A stretch of DNA of 23,574 nt from a virus: IMG/VR virus record IMGVR_UViG_648276708_000003, one strand, 5' to 3'. Below the pieces are notes generated by a model. It made no database searches. It saw only the letters and a list, made by a program, of their open reading frames with translations, and was not told where the DNA came from. Of this stretch, positions 16,332-23,574 are shown piece by piece; position 1 is the stretch's first letter, and each line of letters begins with the position of its first letter. The translations under genes were made by a program, and so were the position numbers.

Positions 16332-17042
16332 ATGAACAACATTTTTAATCACAGAACGCATGGCCTGCTGGGTGCTGCATTCGAGAAACCTGCTGCAGCT
16401 GAAGAGCCAGCCATTAAAGATTCAATGCTGGAAAGCGCGGGCTTAGGCAACGCCGCATCTGCGCGCAATGTGGCGATGTTTGAGGCTGTGGAGCGTCGCG
16501 CTGGCGAAGACGCCCGCTCCGTAGCCGCTTCCCTGCTGGCGGGCTGGGTGGCCGATGGCGAAGCCGATTCTGACAGCTTTGAAGCGCTGGCGCTGGTGCT
16601 GGCCGGTCTGGATTCGCTGTCTGACGACGACGATCTGGATGACGAGCAGGTAGACGCATTCAACGACGCGCTGGGCCAGCTGGCAAACGCCGCTGTAGCC
16701 CTGGGCGCGGACCAGGATGACGTCACCAGCATGATCGACGACGACGATGACAGCGCCGCTGAGAGCGTTTTCGAGGCGCTTTCCGGCCTGGCTGACGACG
16801 ATGAAGCGATCGCAGATTACACCGTGGCTGGCGGTGAAGGCGGTGAAGCGATGCTTGAGTCGGCCACCTTTAAAGCTGTGCGTGACGGCCAGGTGACGCT
16901 GATCCGCAAGCGTCCGAAGAAGCGCCGCATGACGTCGCTCCAGAAGCAGGCGCTGAAAAAAGCCCGCACGAAGGCGCACAGCTCGATGGCAAATGCGCAC
17001 CGTAAAAAGTCGATGAAACTGCGTAAGAAGCGCGGCCTTTAA
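16332..17042 (+). CDS. P1 gp21-like protein; putative prohead core/scaffold-type protein
   Basis: Start at the ATG at 16332 (GAGGA RBS), giving 236 aa. Very acidic body, very basic C-terminal 60 aa, and repeated M(L/F)E(S/A) motifs. Confidence 0.65.
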   Translation: MNNIFNHRTHGLLGAAFEKPAAAEEPAIKDSMLESAGLGNAASARNVAMFEAVERRAGEDARSVAASLLAGWVADGEADSDSFEALALVLAGLDSLSDDDDLDDEQVDAFNDALGQLANAAVALGADQDDVTSMIDDDDDSAAESVFEALSGLADDDEAIADYTVAGGEGGEAMLESATFKAVRDGQVTLIRKRPKKRRMTSLQKQALKKARTKAHSSMANAHRKKSMKLRKKRGL

Positions 17043-17048
17043 GGGATA

Positions 17049-17070
17049 GCCGCCGGGTAAGACCGGCGGC
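17049..17070 (+). other. GC-rich intergenic hairpin (mRNA stabiliser or weak terminator)
   Basis: GCCGCCGG-gtaaga-CCGGCGGC with no U-tract. Confidence 0.55.
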
Positions 17071-17085
17071 ATTGAGGATAGCGCG

Positions 17086-17676
17086 ATGATCTGCGGTGCA
17101 ATCATGCCAGATGGGGTCAGCCCCTTCCTGAAAGTCTATATCACGTCAGAAACGGCGATGGTTGTGGGCTACATCGGGGAAGGCTCTACAGCCAGCATTG
17201 AATCCATGTGGGAATCCCCGTTCGCCAATGACTCGCTGGGCGGCGTCGCCGGTGCGGTGAGTGCTGCTGGCGGCAAGCTGGCGGGCGGTGTGCAGGCGGT
17301 AAGCGGCAGTACATCAAAGTCGGATTTCAACTCCCTGCTTATCTGGGAAGGCCAGCAGCCGCCTGAGTTCAGCATCGTTGTAGACCTGATGGCCACGATG
17401 AACGCGAAGGTGGAAGTGATGGACGCAATCATGACGCTGCAGCAGATGGCCTCCCCTGAACTGAACGCTGCGCTGCCGGGTGGCCGCCGTCCTCTCCCCG
17501 TGATCATGGACGTTGGCCGTCGCCTGAAGCTGATGGACGTGGTGATCCGAAGCGTCGGCTACCAGCTGGACGCACCCCGCACTGCCGAAGGGCATTACAC
17601 CCACAACACCGTCACGCTCCAGTGCTCCGGCCTGAGCGTGCAGAACCAGTCTGACATTCCATATATGTTTATCTGA
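17086..17676 (+). CDS. Baseplate tube-initiator-type protein (P1 PmgG-like)
   Basis: 196 aa with WESPF, IWEG..PPEF and P.PV..DVGR...L.DVVI.SV patterns like gp48-type tube-fold proteins. Synteny supports the call. Confidence 0.6.
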   Translation: MICGAIMPDGVSPFLKVYITSETAMVVGYIGEGSTASIESMWESPFANDSLGGVAGAVSAAGGKLAGGVQAVSGSTSKSDFNSLLIWEGQQPPEFSIVVDLMATMNAKVEVMDAIMTLQQMASPELNAALPGGRRPLPVIMDVGRRLKLMDVVIRSVGYQLDAPRTAEGHYTHNTVTLQCSGLSVQNQSDIPYMFI

Positions 17677-17686
17677 GGAACAAATT

Positions 17687-18178
17687 ATGTCCGGATTTTC
17701 CAACACGAAAGCCGATACCGCCTTTCTGAAAAAGCGCTTTAACCAGAACCTTGCCGCGGGCGAAAAACTTATCGGCTCTGAGTACTGGATGACCGTTAAA
17801 GGCTACCCGAACCTGTCGATCCTGATCCGTACCACGCAGCTGCCGGAAATGGCCCGCGAGGACGTGGAAGACGTGGCACCGGGTGGCATGAAGTTTAACC
17901 AGCATGGCACCCTGAAAAACTCTGGTGAGTTCCAGATGACCTGCGTTGAAACCATCAAAGGTGACGTGTTTGCAGCGGTGCGCCAGATGGTGCTCAACAA
18001 AGAATACGTTGATATCACCTTTGCTGCAGCAGCAGAGTCGAACGGCGGCGACAGCGCTGGCCTGACACGCAGTTACCTGCACTGCAAGGTGTACTCAGAT
18101 GCCGTCGATTTTGGCTCTGAAGACACCACAGCTGCCGTGAAGCTGCCGCTGCGCGTTGTTTACAACTGGGCTGAATAA
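17687..18178 (+). CDS. Major tail tube protein (P1 BplB-like)
   Basis: 163 aa Hcp/gp19-like pattern (QLPE..RE.VE...GG......G ...ET..G). Strong RBS and biased codons. Confidence 0.7.
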   Translation: MSGFSNTKADTAFLKKRFNQNLAAGEKLIGSEYWMTVKGYPNLSILIRTTQLPEMAREDVEDVAPGGMKFNQHGTLKNSGEFQMTCVETIKGDVFAAVRQMVLNKEYVDITFAAAAESNGGDSAGLTRSYLHCKVYSDAVDFGSEDTTAAVKLPLRVVYNWAE

Positions 18179-18180
18179 TC

Positions 18181-18732
18181 ATGACGCCGGTCGAACTGCT
18201 TGAAGCCGTGAAAGCGCGCTTCACGACGCTGCTGGTGGATGAAGAGGCGTTATTAACCAGCCTTCTCCGCCAGGCTCTCGGCGTCTATCAGGATCGGGCC
18301 GGTGTACCAGGCCGTAAACGCATTGAGAAACTGGGGGGCGCAAGCCTCCCTTTTCCGTCTGATTACCTGTCACTGGTAAACGTGAACGATTTCAATGGCG
18401 CGCTGGTGTATGCCGATCCCTACGATTCAACCATTGAGCTTGAGCTGACTGGCCGCGAGAAATGGCCGTTTACCCTGCTCTACTTCCGCAATATCCGTGA
18501 CTGCGATTACGAAGAGACACAGCTACCGGCAGACATTATCGGGCTGCTCGAAGACTACCTGGAAGTGCTGATCGCCATTCCAAATGTCGAGCGCCTGCGC
18601 CGCTTACACATCGCCGGTAAGTTCGACGCATCGTTTCTGCCAGATGAGGCAACGCTCCACCAGCGTAAAACCGATCTGGAAATGCAGATCTCCGCCAGTC
18701 GGGCAATTATCCCCGCAATGAGCACCTGGTAA
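18181..18732 (+). CDS. Head-tail adaptor (P1 PmgC-like)
   Basis: 183 aa helix-beta-helix layout typical of adaptors. Assigned by synteny with the P1 pmgC-tub-pmgB-sit order. Confidence 0.55.
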   Translation: MTPVELLEAVKARFTTLLVDEEALLTSLLRQALGVYQDRAGVPGRKRIEKLGGASLPFPSDYLSLVNVNDFNGALVYADPYDSTIELELTGREKWPFTLLYFRNIRDCDYEETQLPADIIGLLEDYLEVLIAIPNVERLRRLHIAGKFDASFLPDEATLHQRKTDLEMQISASRAIIPAMSTW

Positions 18733-18741
18733 GGGGGCGCT

Positions 18742-19464
18742 ATGAGCTTTTTTAACGGTCTGGCCGGGAACATCAAAGGCTTTGCCGCCAGCACGGCAAA
18801 ACAGGCTGGAAGCAACCTGATCTCTAACATCCTGTCCCGTGCCTCCGCCACCATGAGCGGCGGCGCCGGCGCATCGTATGCCGGTCTGCCGCCTGAGCTG
18901 GCCAACGCGAAAACCATCCTCGAATTGGCTATGCGCATCCGGTACGCGCAGGGCTGGCAGTGGAACATCGAGATAGACGGCTTCTCCCGCGTGGACATGT
19001 ACGTGAAAGATATCACCTACAGCACGGGCAACGTTGAGACCGAAAGCAAACTGATCGGCGGTAACGAGTTCGTGAAGCCCACTCACATCACGGCGGGCTC
19101 TGTCTCGATGACCGTTCGTGATAACGAGGATGGCGAAATTCTGCAGAAGTTTAAGGAGCGCCGTGCGCGGATCCATAACGGAGACGGCACCTTTAATCTG
19201 CCGCCAGCCTACCTGCTCAACATCCGGATCTACCGTGTCTCACAGGACGGCCGCACCTCGCTTGAAGAGGAAATGAAAGGCTTTATCACCACGATCGGCG
19301 AGATCTCCCGCGCCCGCGATGCCGTGGGCGAGTTTGCCACCATTCCGGTGACATTTGTGAAGTACACCAGCGCCGGAAGTCTCGCAAACGGACTGCTGAA
19401 AGGAGTAACAGGGGGAATTACAAACCAGGTTCAATCATCCGCATCAAACCTCATTAAATTCTGA
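18742..19464 (+). CDS. Tube-like baseplate protein (P1 Tub-like)
   Basis: 240 aa tube-fold core (YVKDITYS...GSVSMTVRDNEDG...IPVTF.KY) with Ala/Gly-rich flanks. Confidence 0.6.
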   Translation: MSFFNGLAGNIKGFAASTAKQAGSNLISNILSRASATMSGGAGASYAGLPPELANAKTILELAMRIRYAQGWQWNIEIDGFSRVDMYVKDITYSTGNVETESKLIGGNEFVKPTHITAGSVSMTVRDNEDGEILQKFKERRARIHNGDGTFNLPPAYLLNIRIYRVSQDGRTSLEEEMKGFITTIGEISRARDAVGEFATIPVTFVKYTSAGSLANGLLKGVTGGITNQVQSSASNLIKF

Positions 19465-19475
19465 AGGACAACACT

Positions 19476-20294
19476 GTGATCATCCCTCCACTGCCGCTGG
19501 CGTCGCGCCCTGCCACTGAAATCATCTTCCGACAGCCGGTGATCAAAGACGCCCTGAAATATTGCTCTCCCGACGTGTTGGGTGATGAACGGCGCGTTAC
19601 GGAATACCTGAATGCCCTGCAGGAAGGTCCGATTAATGACAGCCGCGACTGGACCGCACAGGAGCGACGCACAGCGCTGTGGTGGATCATGATTAACAGC
19701 CGCGCTGACAACCTTGAGGCGTTTCACTATAGCTGTGAGCACTGTCAGGAACTGCACACCTACGACTTTGATCTGAGTGAACTGGCGGAGACCGTTGAGC
19801 TGCTAACCATCGAGCCCGTTGAGCGCGTGAATGTCCCTGTAAACGGCGTACCTACTGATTGGACGCTCAAGCCTTTGACCGGGCGCGGGCAGGAAATGCT
19901 GGAGCGCATGCGCGCCGGTCTGCCGGATGCTGACGCGCCGGATTATGAAACCGCCATTATGCGCATGCGTATTGCAGAGTTCGCACTTTGCACCGAGCTG
20001 GATGACGATCCAGCTGATTTTGAAGAGGCCGCAAATCGCCGCTTCGACATTCTGGAAGGCATGGTTCCCGATCTCGAGTTCGCGCCGCTGGTGGCTCATA
20101 TCCAGCTGATGCAGCGCAACCTGCGCCACGGCTTGCTGATGCAAATCACACAAGGTGAAGTCCGGCTTCTGCTCCCGCCCGTCGCTTGCGAAAAGGAGGA
20201 TAAGCAGATGAATACCACTCAACTGTTTATCCCATTTCGCTCTGGATTTTTTGTTCCACGATTTTCACCTCAATGGATGGCTAACCATCATTGA
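19476..20294 (+). CDS. Tail/baseplate-hub assembly chaperone (P1 PmgB-like, T4 gp26-like)
   Basis: 272 aa, GTG start with AAGGA RBS, CEHC Zn knuckle, located immediately before the tape measure gene. Confidence 0.65.
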   Translation: MIIPPLPLASRPATEIIFRQPVIKDALKYCSPDVLGDERRVTEYLNALQEGPINDSRDWTAQERRTALWWIMINSRADNLEAFHYSCEHCQELHTYDFDLSELAETVELLTIEPVERVNVPVNGVPTDWTLKPLTGRGQEMLERMRAGLPDADAPDYETAIMRMRIAEFALCTELDDDPADFEEAANRRFDILEGMVPDLEFAPLVAHIQLMQRNLRHGLLMQITQGEVRLLLPPVACEKEDKQMNTTQLFIPFRSGFFVPRFSPQWMANHH

Positions 20295-20418
20295 CAACCT
20301 GACGCTGACCGCACGCCAGCCAGTCGGTGACGTTGACGCACTGCCGTTATGGCGCGCCATTCAGATGAATAACACGCTCACAGAGCAAATGAGAAAGACT
20401 AACAGCAGGTCGGAATGA
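20251..20418 (+). CDS. Unannotated +1-frame extension of the tail chaperone (gpGT/gp51-like part)
   Basis: Frame open 20212-20418, encoding LFHDFHLNGWLTIIDNLTLTARQPVGDVDALPLWRAIQMNNTLTEQMRKTNSRSE*. Its TGA overlaps the tape-measure ATG (ATGA). Confidence 0.6.
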   Translation: MFHDFHLNGWLTIIDNLTLTARQPVGDVDALPLWRAIQMNNTLTEQMRKTNSRSE

Positions 20419-23400
20419 TGAAGCAGCAGGATCAGGCCCGCATCATTGATGCAATTCAGAAAGCCAGCGAAGCAGAGTTAAAACAGTTAACCCTGATTCG
20501 CAATGCGCTCACAGGTACGAGACAGCCATCCTCCGCCGACAGAAATAATGCCGCGTCAGGGATGACTGTTACGCGATCGCTGACACGTCGTAGCGCCGGT
20601 CAAAATGATGTACAGCCGGAAAATAGTGAGAACACCAGAAAGCTACCCCACTCTGGCAAAGAACCAAATAGGCATAAAAAGAGCCTTATTAAGGACCAAA
20701 ATAGGACGGAACAATCCAATTCAGTTCGTTTAACTGAATGGGGTAATAATAAAAGCACTAAAAAGGCCTTTGATAAGGCACAAAAAGAATCTGTTGGGGC
20801 CAATTTAGTTCCTGTAGGAGGCTATGGGCTTAAAAAGAACCCTGATAAAGCACTAAAACGGAATATTGAGGCCGAAAAGGTATCTTTAAACGGCACCAAA
20901 AAGGTGAGCGCTGGCGGGCGTGATTCAAATGGGCGCTTTACAGCACGGAGTGATTCTGCGGCTGCATCAGCAGCAACACAGGAAAAAAATGCGCGGCGCG
21001 CTGAGCAAAAACAGCAGCAGGGATTTTTCCGCTCCCTAAGTAGCATGCTGGAATCTGCCACCGAAACGAACAGCGATGGTATGTCTTCCGGCGCAGACAT
21101 TGCTGGAACGGCTGCTGGTGGTCCGCTATGGATGATGGGTAAAGGCATGTACGACATTTCCGCCGAAGTCGGAAAGAACGTCGTGACGCTGAAAAACTTC
21201 ATGCAGGGTAAAACCGAAGGCAACGCTGCGCTGAAAATTGAGCCTCCGTTGACACATCCGCCAGTGACAACCGAAGCCAGAACGCCACCAGCGATCGGCA
21301 AGCCAAAATCGGCTGATGGCTTTAAATCCGCTCAACAGGCAAAAGCCATTCAGGTAACGCAGGAACAGACCAAAGTGATCGCCGCCAATGACGATCGCAT
21401 TGTGGATGCCCTGGACGATGTGCGGGAGGAAGTTAAGAAGCTGTCGCATGCGTCGGGGAAAGTAGCTGGCGGGTTCATGGATTCGCTGATCCCCGGCAGG
21501 CGTAAACGCCGCGGCCGTAAACGCGGTGCGCTCTCAACTGCTGCTGATGTTGCTGACGTAGCCGGTGATCTGCTGCCGGACGGCAAAGGCAAGCCCGATG
21601 CCTCTAAACCCAAGCCTAAGCCGAAAAAGAAAAGCCTGCTGTCGAAAGCGCTGAGCGTTCTTAAAGGGGGCAAAAAAGCGGCAACGATTGGTGGCGTAGC
21701 AGCAACGACGGCTGCAGCCGGTGCAACGATAGCCGCAGGCAGCATGGCGGGCAGTGAAACGACTAAAGCAGGTGAAAAAGCCACACAGGCTGCAGCAGAG
21801 AAAACCGCTGCAAAAGGTGGGATAAAAGTCGCTGAAAAAACCACGGAAGCCGCAGCGGAGAAGACCGCAGAAAAAGGCGGGCTGAAAGTGGCCGGTAAAC
21901 TCGCCGGTAAAACGGCTCTTAAAGCGATTCCGCTGGTCGGAACCGTGCTCGGCGCTGGCATGGACGCATACGAAGGCTACAACGACACAGCGGGGCAGCA
22001 GAGGGCCTTTGGCCTTAAAGAAGGCGCTACCGTCAGCGGCAGACATAAGGGCGAGTACACCGCAGCAAATGTGCTGAACATGGGCGGGCTGGTATCCGGC
22101 GCGTCCGGGCTACTGGCGTCCGGAGCGTCAGCATTGGGTATGGACGGCGTGGCGAAGTCACTGACCTTTGACACCAGTGACATTGCGAAGGGGCTGGATT
22201 CGGGGCTGAGCAAAGTAGGCGACTTGTTCAGCGCCTTCTCAACCAGCGCATCAGGCGTCTATGACAAGCTGACCGGCACCAGCGCGGAGCAGACGAAGGC
22301 GATCACCGATGGCACCACGAAAACCGTCACGGCTATAAATCGTCTCGGTACACAGCTGCAGGGTGGCGAGTGGGGCGAGGACGGCGTAGGTACGCAGGGC
22401 AAAAACGCCGCTGATTATGCCGACGTGGCGCAAAACAGCATCGGCGCAGATCTCAATGTGGGCGGCGCAAATGCGAAGATTCGATCCTTCCGCAACAACA
22501 ACTTTGGCAACCTGAATTATGTGGGACAGGAGGGCGCAAGCCTGGAGGCCAAAAACAGTAAAGGTGAAGCCCGGTTCGCTAAGTTCAACACGCCAGAAGA
22601 AGGATTCAGGGCGCTGGCGAATCAGCTGACAAGTTATTCAGAAGGCACCTCTAAAGCAGCTGGTTACAAGAAGCTGAATACCGTGCAGGACATCATCAAG
22701 CTGTACGCGCCGGAGAGTGAAAACAACACGTCACAGTACGTGGACTCACTCTCGAAAAAGCTGGGCGTGCGTGGCGATCAGCAGCTGGACCTCAAAGATC
22801 CTAAAGTCATGACGCAGATGATGCGTGGCATTGCCACCATCGAAGGCGGCAACCCGCAGGTCACGAACGACTTCATGATGAACGCCATCGGCCACAATGA
22901 AAATGGCAAGTGGGTCGGCGGGAAATTCAGTGACGAAACCCTTAAGTCGGTGAATGAAGCGCGTGCGAAGCAGGGCCAGGCACCCATTGCGGTGGACTCA
23001 CTCTATTCTGCTGGCGACAAAGTGAAGCTGACGGCTGGCGCAGGGGCCGCCGCCGCCGCACCGGCTGCTATTCCCGCACCCGTGCCAGCGCCTGCAGCAT
23101 CGCCAGCAGTGGCCCCGGCAGCGCCCACGGCCTCGCAGGTTGCTGCAGCAAAAGAAGCCGGTAAGGATAAGCCGGCTAACGGCGCGGCGGACAAGATCAA
23201 ACACGCTGGAGCAGGCGCATGGGGGCAGGTCAAAGCCCTGAATGAGTGGGCTGACGGGAAAGTGCAGGGCGCAACTGAATCCCTGGGCGTGGCCGGTATG
23301 TCCCGCAAACGCCCTACCAGCGGCCTGTCCCTGCCTGGTGGTGAATCTCTTCCCGCGGGCCTCCAGCTGGCCGCGCTGGCGCCCGATCAGATTGCCAGCC

Positions 23401-23574
23401 GCTCACGTCCCGCTGCTGTATCTCACGTCTCGACCGGCAGCGTGCGAGCCCGTCCAGGCTCTGCAACCTCTGATGCACCGATTACTGTGGCCAGCACCCG
23501 GACACCCGCCGCCGCACCGGAGTCCAGCGGCCTGTTTGATCGCATGCTGGGCGGTGCAAGGGACGGAGTGAACG
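20415..23574 (+). CDS. Tape measure protein with lysozyme-like muralytic domain (P1 Sit-like), 3'-truncated
   Basis: The ORF track misses it, consistent with no in-window stop, and the segments I translated share one frame. Ala/Gly/Lys-rich, with an RDSNGRF motif and an RNNNFGNL...TPEEG...YAP.SENNT..Y domain at about 22485-22890. Confidence 0.85.
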   Translation, partial: MMKQQDQARIIDAIQKASEAELKQLTLIRNALTGTRQPSSADRNNAASGMTVTRSLTRRSAGQNDVQPENSENTRKLPHSGKEPNRHKKSLIKDQNRTEQSNSVRLTEWGNNKSTKKAFDKAQKESVGANLVPVGGYGLKKNPDKALKRNIEAEKVSLNGTKKVSAGGRDSNGRFTARSDSAAASAATQEKNARRAEQKQQQGFFRSLSSMLESATETNSDGMSSGADIAGTAAGGPLWMMGKGMYDISAEVGKNVVTLKNFMQGKTEGNAALKIEPPLTHPPVTTEARTPPAIGKPKSADGFKSAQQAKAIQVTQEQTKVIAANDDRIVDALDDVREEVKKLSHASGKVAGGFMDSLIPGRRKRRGRKRGALSTAADVADVAGDLLPDGKGKPDASKPKPKPKKKSLLSKALSVLKGGKKAATIGGVAATTAAAGATIAAGSMAGSETTKAGEKATQAAAEKTAAKGGIKVAEKTTEAAAEKTAEKGGLKVAGKLAGKTALKAIPLVGTVLGAGMDAYEGYNDTAGQQRAFGLKEGATVSGRHKGEYTAANVLNMGGLVSGASGLLASGASALGMDGVAKSLTFDTSDIAKGLDSGLSKVGDLFSAFSTSASGVYDKLTGTSAEQTKAITDGTTKTVTAINRLGTQLQGGEWGEDGVGTQGKNAADYADVAQNSIGADLNVGGANAKIRSFRNNNFGNLNYVGQEGASLEAKNSKGEARFAKFNTPEEGFRALANQLTSYSEGTSKAAGYKKLNTVQDIIKLYAPESENNTSQYVDSLSKKLGVRGDQQLDLKDPKVMTQMMRGIATIEGGNPQVTNDFMMNAIGHNENGKWVGGKFSDETLKSVNEARAKQGQAPIAVDSLYSAGDKVKLTAGAGAAAAAPAAIPAPVPAPAASPAVAPAAPTASQVAAAKEAGKDKPANGAADKIKHAGAGAWGQVKALNEWADGKVQGATESLGVAGMSRKRPTSGLSLPGGESLPAGLQLAALAPDQIASRSRPAAVSHVSTGSVRARPGSATSDAPITVASTRTPAAAPESSGLFDRMLGGARDGVN
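21768..21899 (+). repeat. Degenerate 60-bp (20-aa) tandem repeat within the tape measure
   Basis: AGEKATQ-AAAEKTAAKGGIKV-AEKTTE-AAAEKTAEKGGLKV-AGK. Confidence 0.7.

Larger units (their letters stand above)
1..23574. mobile_element. Segment of a P1-related myophage (temperate phage or phage-plasmid)
   Basis: Capsid, sheath, tube, baseplate spike, PAAR, tape measure, spanins, RdgC and a Dcm-Dam fusion occur in an order resembling phage P1 modules. No host housekeeping genes are present. No replicon or integrase lies in the window, so plasmid versus integrated state is unresolved. Confidence 0.92.

Noticed and set aside
2694-18178. Type VI secretion system or tailocin interpretation (spike, PAAR, sheath, tube)
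   Set aside because: A major capsid, neck proteins, tape measure and spanins are present and no T6SS membrane complex or ClpV is seen, so this is a phage.
20244-20284. Canonical -1 frameshift in the tail chaperone
   Set aside because: The -1 frame hits TAA at 20282-20284 and would give a shorter product, not an extension.
198-23308. Numerous minus-strand ORFs antisense to structural genes (e.g. 13269-14153, 16443-17105, 21350-21961)
   Set aside because: These are shadows of GC-rich, codon-biased plus-strand genes, with no RBS or protein-like motifs.
23242-23571. 109-aa plus-strand ORF near the window end
   Set aside because: It is an off-frame overlap within the tape-measure gene with no supporting features.
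1-23574. tRNA genes, CRISPR arrays, IS elements, iterons, loxP or pac sites
   Set aside because: None was recognisable by eye in the short intergenic regions. A covariance-model scan would be needed to exclude small RNAs, particularly at 8543-8630 and 9811-9947.

Overview
The whole 23.6 kb window is part of a P1-related (Punavirus-like) contractile-tailed temperate phage or phage-plasmid genome of enterobacterial type. From left to right it holds: (1) the end of a neck/baseplate operon (P1 gp25-, gp7-, gp24-, gp6- and gp5-like); (2) a translationally coupled DNA-metabolism operon of rdgC, a TGT/DpdA-like transglycosylase-fold gene and a fused C5-cytosine/Dam methyltransferase (dmt); (3) an AT-richer accessory block with a DUF4225-like membrane toxin and a convergent small membrane protein; (4) a late-type operon with a PAAR spike tip and overlapping spanins; (5) the main structural operon of major capsid, sheath, a gp21-like protein, tube initiator, tube, adaptor, second tube-like protein, tail chaperone and a tape measure that runs off the window. 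P1 gene names come from motifs, size and gene order recalled from memory, not from a database search. The best leads are the DpdA-like gene coupled to the double methyltransferase, a protein-like +1-frame ORF hidden inside the Dcm domain, the orphan DUF4225 toxin/immunity-like pair, an unannotated +1-frame extension of the tail chaperone, a shared late-promoter-like motif, and repeated M-x-E|S protease sites suggesting the gp21-like protein is a prohead core protein.
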